NCBI GenBank assembly: GCA_903847585.1
Contig: CAINEC010000172.1
Location: forward strand, 2,717-66,716
Source: an uncultured Bacteroidota bacterium
GTDB lineage: Bacteria > Bacteroidota > Bacteroidia > AKYH767-A > OLB10
DNA: 64,000 nt
Reading direction: 5' to 3'
Program-made: the position numbers and the translations under genes
Notes under the pieces: generated by a model
Databases searched by the model: none
The model's input: only the letters and a program-made list of their open reading frames with translations
Told to the model about the DNA's origin: nothing
Shown here: piece after piece, positions 56,508-64,000 of the stretch
Numbering within the stretch: the first letter of the stretch is position 1
Layout of the letters: every line of letters begins with the position of its first letter

Positions 56508-57071
56508 TTATGGCCTTGCGCGACTAACTACAATAATCGCATGTACAATTCCTGGCAACCAACACAAAAAGGTTAGCCCGACGCTTATTAAAGTTTGCTC
56601 TAAATCCCAATCCGTTATTAAGCCAACAGCTATTGGAGGTAAAAGAACTGCAAGAATAAATAATAGCACTGTAGGTATTCCATCAGCATCACCACGCTTC
56701 GCAGATTTCTTTAGTTTGTTGACAGCTTTTGCAACTTTAATTTTATCTTTTACAGAAATCTTTGTGTCTGATTTTCTAGATTCTTTTACTTCAGTACTAG
56801 TTTTTTCTGAAATACTGTTGGAAGGTTCAGCAATCTTAGTTTCTGTTAAAACAATTTCCTCATTTGTAGAGGCTGAAAACTGCGATTGATCAATTGATTT
56901 AGCATATACTCGCTCAATATCTGAGGTCGATACATTTACAACAGCCGTATTTTTTGCATTCTTTTTCCAATCGATATAATAACCCGATTGATAATGTCTT
57001 TTTTCCATCGTACATGATGAAATGCTGATTAATGAAATCAGTAAAAGGAATAAAATATGTTTATTTTTCAT
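56508..57071 (-). CDS. Lipoprotein-type N-terminal region fused to a Pmp3/YqaE-like two-TM proteolipid
   Basis: The ATG at 57071 gives the lipobox 'SISSCT'. The C-terminus 'LLFILAVLLPPIAVGL...LTFLCWLPGIVHAIIVV' resembles UPF0057/Pmp3. Confidence 0.55.
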   Translation of the reverse strand: MKNKHILFLLLISLISISSCTMEKRHYQSGYYIDWKKNAKNTAVVNVSTSDIERVYAKSIDQSQFSASTNEEIVLTETKIAEPSNSISEKTSTEVKESRKSDTKISVKDKIKVAKAVNKLKKSAKRGDADGIPTVLLFILAVLLPPIAVGLITDWDLEQTLISVGLTFLCWLPGIVHAIIVVSRARP

Positions 57072-57189
57072 AATGTAATTTTTTTGCAATGATAAATATT
57101 TACACGCGTGAATTAAATGATAAATGTTGACTTTTGCAGAAATTTAATAACAACCAAAACTGAATTACTTCCCCTATTGTTCTAGCAAT

Positions 57190-57972
57190 ATGAATCCAAA
57201 TACTGAAAAATTGCAATCTGCCATTGCCCAACATCGAGAAGCATTAATTAGCCATCCTTTATACGCGTCCATTAATTCGATTTCAGACATTCAATCTTTT
57301 ATGGAACATCATGTTTTTGCTGTGTGGGATTTTATGTCGCTGTTAAAATATTTACAAATAAACCTTACTTGCACCTCTATACCTTGGATGCCCGTTGGAA
57401 GTGCAAATACTCGCTTTTTAATTAATGAAATTGTAACAGGCGAAGAAAGTGATGTCGATCAGCACGGCAACAGAATCAGTCATTTTGAATTATACTTGCG
57501 CGCCATGAATGAAATTGGTTGCGATACAAAAACTATCTCCCATTTAATTCACCACCTTCAATCAGGGAAAACAATTGAAGAAGCAATTGCTGCATCTAGT
57601 TTACCTGATGGACCAAATCAATTTTTAAAACAAACGTTTGAATTCATTCACACCAATAAACCACATGTTGTTGCAGCGGTATTTACTTTCGGGCGTGAAG
57701 ACTTAATTCCGGATATGTTTATAGAAATCATCAAAACATTAAAAGCACAGTTCCCAGATCAGCTTGAGACTTTACATTATTACATCGAGCGTCATATTGA
57801 AGTTGATGGCGGACATCATTCGCATTTAGCATTGGAAATGACAGAAGAGCTTTGTGGTGACGATGAACAAAAATGGAAGGAAGCAACCGAAGCTACCATT
57901 GCTGCCTTACAATCAAGGAAATTACTTTGGGATTCAGTTCAAGAAAAAATCAATGTAACGGTTAAGGCGTAA
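57190..57972 (+). CDS. DUF3050-like (heme-oxygenase-like fold) protein
   Basis: 260 aa: 'HPLYASI...MEHHVFAVWDFMSLLKYLQ', 'HFELYLRAM', 'YIERHIEVDGGHH'. Confidence 0.55.
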   Translation: MNPNTEKLQSAIAQHREALISHPLYASINSISDIQSFMEHHVFAVWDFMSLLKYLQINLTCTSIPWMPVGSANTRFLINEIVTGEESDVDQHGNRISHFELYLRAMNEIGCDTKTISHLIHHLQSGKTIEEAIAASSLPDGPNQFLKQTFEFIHTNKPHVVAAVFTFGREDLIPDMFIEIIKTLKAQFPDQLETLHYYIERHIEVDGGHHSHLALEMTEELCGDDEQKWKEATEATIAALQSRKLLWDSVQEKINVTVKA

Positions 57973-58975
57973 CGACAAACAATTCCATTTCACCACGACG
58001 CTTCAACATTACCTTTCCAATACTTTCCGAAATAAATTCATTCGCACAAAGCTGTTTTGTAGCTTCTGTGATTGTTACCTTCATTGGAACACCTGCACTT
58101 TCTACTTTGGCTGCAATATTTACATCGTCGCCTAAAATATCATAAGCAAAGCGATTTTTACCAATAATACCTGCAATCACACTTCCCGAATGGACCCCAA
58201 TTCGACACTGCCATTTGTAGGCAGCTGTTTGATTACGATTATTTAAGTAGTTGATAAAATCAATTGCTGTATTCACCAAATTCACTGCATGGTTTTTATC
58301 ATCAGTCCCTAAACCTGTTGTTGCCATATAAGCATCACCGATTGTTTTGATACGAGTAGCATGATGCTTAGAACAGATTTCATCAAAGTCGGTAAATATG
58401 CCCGACAACTCCTCGATTAACACCTGAGGATTCATTTGTGTTGTCATATTGGTAAATCCAACAAAATCGAAAAACAAAATACTTACGTTGTTATGAATTT
58501 CGGGGATATGCTTACCGTTATTAATTAAATCGTTGACTACATTCTCAGGCAACAAGACTTTTAAGAGTGTGTCTGATTTTTCTTTAGCTGCTTGTAATTC
58601 AATATGTGTTTGAATGCGGGCAAGTACAACTTCCGGATGAAATGGTTTTGAAATAAAATCCGCCCCTCCTACAGAAAATCCTTTTGTTTCGTCTGCAGAT
58701 TCATTCAAAGCAGTAATAAAAATGACAGGAATATTTTTCGTTGAATCGTCCGACTTTAATTGGGCACACACTTCGAAACCCGACATGCCCGGCATAACCA
58801 CATCTAATAAAATCAGATTAGGCTTTTCGGTTGCATTTGCTAATTCAATGGCTTTCTCTCCGTTCTTCGCAATCTTTACTCGATACTTATCCTTCAATAA
58901 GCCTGATAACACCTGCAGATTTTCTACAGCGTCATCAACAATTAATACTATCGGTAAGGGGTTAACGTAATCCAC
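57962..58975 (-). CDS. Response regulator fused to a class III adenylate/guanylate cyclase domain
   Basis: 337 aa with a GTG start. The REC domain has 'VLIVDD...ILLDVVMPGMSG...TALN'. The cyclase domain has 'VSILFFDFVGFT', 'KTIGDAYMA' and 'RIGVHSGSVIAGIIG'. Confidence 0.8.
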   Translation of the reverse strand: MDYVNPLPIVLIVDDAVENLQVLSGLLKDKYRVKIAKNGEKAIELANATEKPNLILLDVVMPGMSGFEVCAQLKSDDSTKNIPVIFITALNESADETKGFSVGGADFISKPFHPEVVLARIQTHIELQAAKEKSDTLLKVLLPENVVNDLINNGKHIPEIHNNVSILFFDFVGFTNMTTQMNPQVLIEELSGIFTDFDEICSKHHATRIKTIGDAYMATTGLGTDDKNHAVNLVNTAIDFINYLNNRNQTAAYKWQCRIGVHSGSVIAGIIGKNRFAYDILGDDVNIAAKVESAGVPMKVTITEATKQLCANEFISESIGKVMLKRRGEMELFVVTP

Positions 58976-58980
58976 GGTTA

Positions 58981-61521
58981 TTATAATAATGCTAATGCTG
59001 CATCGAATTCGAATTCATCGAGCAACGTTTTTATTTTTTCAAGCAAAGATGTTCGCTCTTCATTTAATTCATAAGTATCTAAAACAGCTTGGCAAAAATC
59101 AACAGCTGTTCCATCTTGACCTTCAACTAATTTTTTCAAATCAACCATTTTTTGCTGCCAAACATCATCAGCAATCGTTGTTTTTGAATTAGTATTTTCT
59201 TTTGATGAATTTAATTTCACTTTTAAATCAGCGACTAGTTTCTCGATTTTATCAGCGATATATTCTAGTTGTTTTTGTTGAGGAACGGAAAGCGTAGTTG
59301 CATTTTGATCAGCCAACACTTTCAACGCATGTGATAACGGGTAGGCCACTACGTAAATTTCTTTAGCACCAATATTTCCACATACACCTGAAATGGTGTG
59401 CAACAACGGAGCTAGTTCATTCAGATTATTTTCTGCCGTGAGCTTCTTTAATATATCAGAAGTGTTTTCATAGTTTCTGATAAATGTTTCTAAAAGCTTT
59501 TTATAAGAATCTACCTTACCTCCAATTCGATTTAATCCTTCTTTAACATCGAGTCCTTCAATCTCTAAAACAAATTTGCTTTCTTGTTTTACAACAGCAG
59601 CATTTTGATTGACATCAATTCCTTTTACATATTTAATGAGTGCCTTATACAAAACAGTTGGATCAATCGGTTTTGTGATATGATCATTCATGCCTGCAGC
59701 AATACTCTTTTCCTTCTCTCCTTTCAAAGCATGCGCTGTCATAGCAATGATTGGCAAATTATCTTTTCGCTTATCCTCTCTGATTTTCTTTGTAGCTGTT
59801 AACCCATCCATCTCTGGCATCTGAATATCCATCAATACCGCATCGAATGATTCGGTATTAACTTTTTCAACTGCTTCTAATCCATTGCGTGCTGCTGTGA
59901 TATTCACTCCAACATCCATCAATAATTCTTCTGCTAATTGCAAGTTGATATCATTATCCTCCACTAATAAAACGCGAACACCTTCCAAATAACTTTTAAA
60001 TACTGATAAGTCAGTTTCGTTACTAGCCGATAATTTAGTTCCGCTCTTTTTATCATTCAAATGAAGGATACCATTCAGCGTATCATTCAATGTAGATGTA
60101 TTAATTGGTTTTAACAATACACCATCCACTAACTTTTGTTTTGCTGCTTCGCGAACTGATTCTAATCCGTAAGCAGTTACCATCAGAATCGAAGGAACAT
60201 CTAATCCTTCTTTGGATTTAATTTCTCGCACTAACTGCAAACCATCCATACCTGGCATTTGCCAATCAACAACCATTAACGATAAATGCTTATCCGACTT
60301 TTGCTCCTTTTCAAAAATTTCAATGGCTTCAAATGCGTCATTTGCGATAACCACATCAAAGCCCAACGAAAGCAACATTTCATTTAAAACAATACGTGCG
60401 GATTCTGAATCATCCACCAATAATGCTTTGCGTCCTTTCATAGAAACTGAAACTTCTGTTTCATCTTCTTTTGAATCAGCCAAACTAAAAAATGCATTAA
60501 ATGAAAATACAGACCCCTTCCCTTCCTTGCTTTGCACATCTAATTCCCCGTCCATCATTTCAACGATGCGCTTACAAATTACAAGGCCTAATCCGGTTCC
60601 ACCAAATTTTCGCGTAGTGGAAACATCTGCTTGCTGGAATGGTGAAAATAATTTTTCAATTTGCTCTTTAGAAATTCCGATACCAGTATCCTCCACGCTG
60701 AAGTGAATGATTAATCCGTAAGATAATTTCTTAACGAGTTTAGCCGACAATTTTACTTCACCAGCTTTGGTAAACTTTGCCGCGTTATCTGTTAAATTTA
60801 ATAACACCTGACGTAAACGTACACTATCGCCTAAAATTACCGGAGGAATAAGTGGATCTACATAGGTTACTAATTCAACTTCATTTTTGTTTTGAAGTTT
60901 TACGTTAACGGCATCCGACACTTCAGAGATCAATTCATCCAAAAATAAATTCGAATGCTCAAGCGTCAATTTCCCTGCTTCTATTTTTGAAAAGTCGAGA
61001 ATATCATCGATGATACGTAATAAGTTACGAGCAGAAACTTCTATTTTATGGTTGTAATCTTTTTGCTTTTCATTGAGCGTAGTTTTCTTCATCAGATAAC
61101 TCATCCCAATAATTGCATTCATTGGTGTTCGAATTTCGTGCGACATATTCGCTAAAAACTCTCCTTTTGATTTATTGGCTGCATCGGCTAATTCACGAAG
61201 CTTGGCCATTTGAAGGTAACGCTCATTTGATTCAATATTTTTCTGATTGATCAAATCAAGAGCACGTCCTGCATAGGAAGCTACAATGGCTAATACCAAA
61301 GGAGCTAAATCGATTATCCAAAGTGTTGGAGCTTCCATCTGGCACATTATCCAATGTGTTGGCGACAAACTATTATAAGCAAATAAACTTTGCCATAACG
61401 TACCAACAATTGGAAATGCACTTCCAAATAATGCCCCATAAAAAAAGAACATCCGTTGTTCGGTCTTTAACTTCGACTTTAACCAACGATAGATGTTCTT
61501 TCTTAAATTCTGTATCATCAA
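58981..61521 (-). CDS. Hybrid sensor histidine kinase (2 TM, HisKA, HATPase, two REC domains, HPt)
   Basis: 846 aa with '[16 protein letters not shown]' (H-box), 'DTGIGI', 'GGTGLGL', two 'D...DxQMPxMDG' receiver domains and the HPt motif '[14 protein letters not shown]'. Confidence 0.85.
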   Translation of the reverse strand: MMIQNLRKNIYRWLKSKLKTEQRMFFFYGALFGSAFPIVGTLWQSLFAYNSLSPTHWIMCQMEAPTLWIIDLAPLVLAIVASYAGRALDLINQKNIESNERYLQMAKLRELADAANKSKGEFLANMSHEIRTPMNAIIGMSYLMKKTTLNEKQKDYNHKIEVSARNLLRIIDDILDFSKIEAGKLTLEHSNLFLDELISEVSDAVNVKLQNKNEVELVTYVDPLIPPVILGDSVRLRQVLLNLTDNAAKFTKAGEVKLSAKLVKKLSYGLIIHFSVEDTGIGISKEQIEKLFSPFQQADVSTTRKFGGTGLGLVICKRIVEMMDGELDVQSKEGKGSVFSFNAFFSLADSKEDETEVSVSMKGRKALLVDDSESARIVLNEMLLSLGFDVVIANDAFEAIEIFEKEQKSDKHLSLMVVDWQMPGMDGLQLVREIKSKEGLDVPSILMVTAYGLESVREAAKQKLVDGVLLKPINTSTLNDTLNGILHLNDKKSGTKLSASNETDLSVFKSYLEGVRVLLVEDNDINLQLAEELLMDVGVNITAARNGLEAVEKVNTESFDAVLMDIQMPEMDGLTATKKIREDKRKDNLPIIAMTAHALKGEKEKSIAAGMNDHITKPIDPTVLYKALIKYVKGIDVNQNAAVVKQESKFVLEIEGLDVKEGLNRIGGKVDSYKKLLETFIRNYENTSDILKKLTAENNLNELAPLLHTISGVCGNIGAKEIYVVAYPLSHALKVLADQNATTLSVPQQKQLEYIADKIEKLVADLKVKLNSSKENTNSKTTIADDVWQQKMVDLKKLVEGQDGTAVDFCQAVLDTYELNEERTSLLEKIKTLLDEFEFDAALALL

Positions 61522-61523
61522 AA

Positions 61524-62057
61524 TTACATTTGCTTAATCATCTGAACGTTTAATGCAAGCTTCACTTCTTCAGCTAATACAACATCTCCATCTTCGTTAC
61601 TTGCATTCCATGTTAAACCAAATTCAGAACGATTGATTACAGCATTAATTTCAAAACCTGCCTTAGCTTGTCCCCAAGGATCAATCACAGTTCCTGTAAA
61701 TTCACAAGCTAATGTGATAGGCTTAGTTACTCCTTTGATGGTAATGTCGCCCATCAAATCATACTTATGATCACCTTTGCTTTTTAATTTACCATTTGCA
61801 AAAGATACTGTTGGGTAGGTTCCTGCGCTGAAGAAATCATCACTTTTCAAGTGACCATCTCGTTGCTCATTTCGCGTATTAACAGAATCTATCTGTGCTT
61901 CGAAATCAATCTCTGCGTCAGAAAAATCTTTTTCTGATGATAGCATCTTTGCTGTAAAATTATCAAATGTACCTGTCACGTTAGTAATCATCATGTGACG
62001 TACTTTGAAAGAAATGTCGGAGTGAACGGGATCAATAACCCATAATGTCTTATTCAT
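61524..62057 (-). CDS. YceI-family (polyisoprenoid-binding lipocalin-like) protein without a signal peptide
   Basis: 177 aa: '[26 protein letters not shown]', '[11 protein letters not shown]'. Its stop lies 2 nt upstream of the kinase start. Confidence 0.8.
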   Translation of the reverse strand: MNKTLWVIDPVHSDISFKVRHMMITNVTGTFDNFTAKMLSSEKDFSDAEIDFEAQIDSVNTRNEQRDGHLKSDDFFSAGTYPTVSFANGKLKSKGDHKYDLMGDITIKGVTKPITLACEFTGTVIDPWGQAKAGFEINAVINRSEFGLTWNASNEDGDVVLAEEVKLALNVQMIKQM

Positions 62058-62129
62058 AGTAAATTTTTTTTGCTTTCGTCAAAAGTAGCGAATTGAAGCC
62101 TAACAAAAAACAAATCTGCTATGTAAATA

Positions 62130-63383
62130 CTAGTTGTCTTGGAATTTTAATAAATCCCTGTCTAAGTCGATTTTCTTCAGCCCCCCATTCGGCCCTTTTA
62201 TGTAATAATGTTCAGCCATTGCAGTACCTAGCTTATCGTCGAACTTTCTTTTTATCCTCGACATTCTTTCACTTAAAGAATTGCTGTTGTATTCGCATAA
62301 CTTCTCTAACTGGCTTTCAATTGTCTCTCGACTATCACTCGGACTTACCTTATTAAGAATCCCCCTCAATTCTGCTTTATAGTCTCCCATTTCAGCTAGG
62401 CGTATTCCTTCGGGATGATTTAAGAATAAAAGATAAATAGCCCTTTCAGTAGGAGATAAATTGATTTGCAACATCCCCATCTCTGGCAATACTATTTTTT
62501 GAGCACGACCTTTAACCAACATAGGAGTTGCTTGTCGTAATAAGTCATAACGATCTTTAAACAACAACTGCCTACGTATATCTTCCATCACATCAAACGT
62601 ATAACGTAACTGCATATGTGGAATTTGTTTCGCTCGTATCAACCGTTGACAATCAGGACAAACATCAGCAGTACGGAGCTTTAACATCACTTCTGATTTA
62701 TTCTGACAAAAGTCCATCATACATCCTTTCGATTGATAATGCATATAGTTACCCATCTCCTGCGGATTATCAAACATTGCATGTTTTAAAAGCGTACTTG
62801 CAATATGATAACATACGGGATAGCGAGGATCACCAGAAGTAAAATGTTCCCAACCATCCACATGAATAAAATAATTACCTTTTAGATTTGGATCATACCC
62901 TACAAACCAATTCTCATGATTAGCATGTTCTGTTAGAAGAATTACAATATAGGGTTTTCTATTTTCTGAAAAATAAAAATTTGAAAGTTCTTCTACAGCT
63001 GGTGTTGATTCAAATATGGTTGAATCATAATCATCAATAAGCTCTTCAGGCATTTCAGAGTGTCTTGAATCATATAAATTAGATTCTTTAACATCCTTCG
63101 ACTTTCTGTATTTATTATTAATACGAAATAAGTCTCTCCATGATTTTCGCTCTTGAATATTCTTAGCCGGCATAGATACTGATTGTGAAAAACTTCTAAC
63201 CTCTTTTATGTCATACTTAGGATCTCCTGGCTCTACAATTTTTATTTCATCTTTGATGGTAATCTCTCTTGGTTTATCGCTCAACACAAAACTATACGGT
63301 CCAACAAACTGATTTAAAAATTCATGGCAACCGAAATATAATTCGTCGCTTACTCCTGCAGTTCTAATTAAGTGTACAATCAT
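62130..63383 (-). CDS. Hypothetical protein: archaemetzincin-like fold without HExxH, a Cys4 cluster, and a C-terminal HTH-like module
   Basis: 417 aa. It has 'GCMMDFC...(15)...CPDC' and 'LSPTERAIYLLFLNHPEGIRLAEM'. See the finding at 62130-63383. Confidence 0.45.
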   Translation of the reverse strand: MIVHLIRTAGVSDELYFGCHEFLNQFVGPYSFVLSDKPREITIKDEIKIVEPGDPKYDIKEVRSFSQSVSMPAKNIQERKSWRDLFRINNKYRKSKDVKESNLYDSRHSEMPEELIDDYDSTIFESTPAVEELSNFYFSENRKPYIVILLTEHANHENWFVGYDPNLKGNYFIHVDGWEHFTSGDPRYPVCYHIASTLLKHAMFDNPQEMGNYMHYQSKGCMMDFCQNKSEVMLKLRTADVCPDCQRLIRAKQIPHMQLRYTFDVMEDIRRQLLFKDRYDLLRQATPMLVKGRAQKIVLPEMGMLQINLSPTERAIYLLFLNHPEGIRLAEMGDYKAELRGILNKVSPSDSRETIESQLEKLCEYNSNSLSERMSRIKRKFDDKLGTAMAEHYYIKGPNGGLKKIDLDRDLLKFQDN

Positions 63384-63607
63384 TATCGTAAATTTATATA
63401 ATTAATTTAATTTATGAAAGAATAATGCAGCAATACCTCAAAATAGAGATACGCTGCACCACTCTTTCCAAAAAATCGGCGTAAAATTATTTTAACACCG
63501 TTGCATTGTCCTTCAAAAAAGAAGGCCGGGGGTTATAGGATTTATGAAATGATTCATCAAGCCTACACAATGCTGGAAATTCCCTTAACTCCATTTGCAT
63601 TTAACAA

Positions 63608-63961
63608 TTATCCAAACACATGAAAGTAAATGTGAGAGGGAATTCCTCCCATATACACTCGCGTTACCGGACATAACCAGCCGCGCATTCCTGTTTCGTT
63701 CACTTGATACCAGCCTCCGTTCGACTCTTCTCTTTCCAGCTTTAAGCAATGCGCTCCAGGAAACGGATTGGCACTAAAAATAATGGTGGATGTTTCATTG
63801 TTGTCTGGTAAATAAGAACTGATAATTTCCGACATGCCTAAGACAAACGGCTCGGCAATAATTGCTTTGCGGTCATCATCAAATTTCCAGGTTGTTTCTT
63901 CGCGATACAATGCCAATGACATCATCGCATTTTGTGTTGGTGGAACAATTGTATTTTTCAT
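63608..63961 (-). CDS. Small conserved hypothetical protein
   Basis: 117 aa: 'WKFDDDRKAIIAEPFVLGMSE...GGWYQVNETGMRGWLCP'. I cannot assign a function. Confidence 0.45.
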   Translation of the reverse strand: MKNTIVPPTQNAMMSLALYREETTWKFDDDRKAIIAEPFVLGMSEIISSYLPDNNETSTIIFSANPFPGAHCLKLEREESNGGWYQVNETGMRGWLCPVTRVYMGGIPSHIYFHVFG

Positions 63962-64000
63962 AAATTGATTTTTGAATATGATTATTTTAAAATTGAACTA

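Noticed and set aside
1-64000. I looked for CRISPR arrays, tRNA/rRNA genes, IS elements, integrases, and retron or DGR reverse transcriptases.
   Set aside because: I saw no regularly spaced direct repeats, no tRNA-like T-arm/acceptor signatures in the intergenic regions inspected, and no ORF with transposase, integrase or RT motifs.

Overview
The window looks like an AT-rich Bacteroidota chromosome segment. This is inferred from many T9SS C-terminal sorting domains, a SprE/PorW-like TPR lipoprotein, TAnnTTTG-type -7 boxes and a Bacteroidota-style suf operon. No rRNA, tRNA, CRISPR array, transposase or integrase was seen.

Housekeeping genes make up most of the window:
- purF, scpA, rseP, dxr, dnaG and ispB
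- a complete sufA-like/sufBCDSE/sufT-like cluster
- a membrane pyrophosphatase

A eukaryote-like 3-hydroxyanthranilate branch of the kynurenine pathway is scattered over about 11 kb (HAAO, ACMSD, 2-aminomuconate-semialdehyde dehydrogenase, plus an ALDH7-type dehydrogenase and an atypical SDR). It is interleaved with T9SS cargo genes. The window holds six T9SS cargo proteins and one orphan sorting-domain remnant.

A small accessory islet lies between dnaG and ispB. It carries two toxin-antitoxin pairs and a LamG/T9SS cargo gene.

Observations that most deserve follow-up:
1. A roughly 120-residue Cys/Met/His-rich tail fused to the C-terminus of the pyrophosphatase.
2. A roughly 150-nt segment upstream of the LamG gene that folds into five nested helices plus a possible pseudoknot and ends in a T-tract. 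It is a candidate novel ncRNA or leader.
3. An SDR without the canonical Tyr-x3-Lys, located between the 2-aminomuconate-semialdehyde dehydrogenase and HAAO genes. It is a candidate for the unassigned 2-aminomuconate-processing step.
4. A second copy of the ispB 3' end that differs from the real one only at synonymous positions, separated from it by a REP-like double-hairpin element.
5. A 417-aa protein resembling an inactivated archaemetzincin fold fused to an HTH-like tail.
6. A mini-ALDH lacking its catalytic domain, tightly coupled to a full ALDH.

All functional calls rest on motif recognition by eye. No database search was run.
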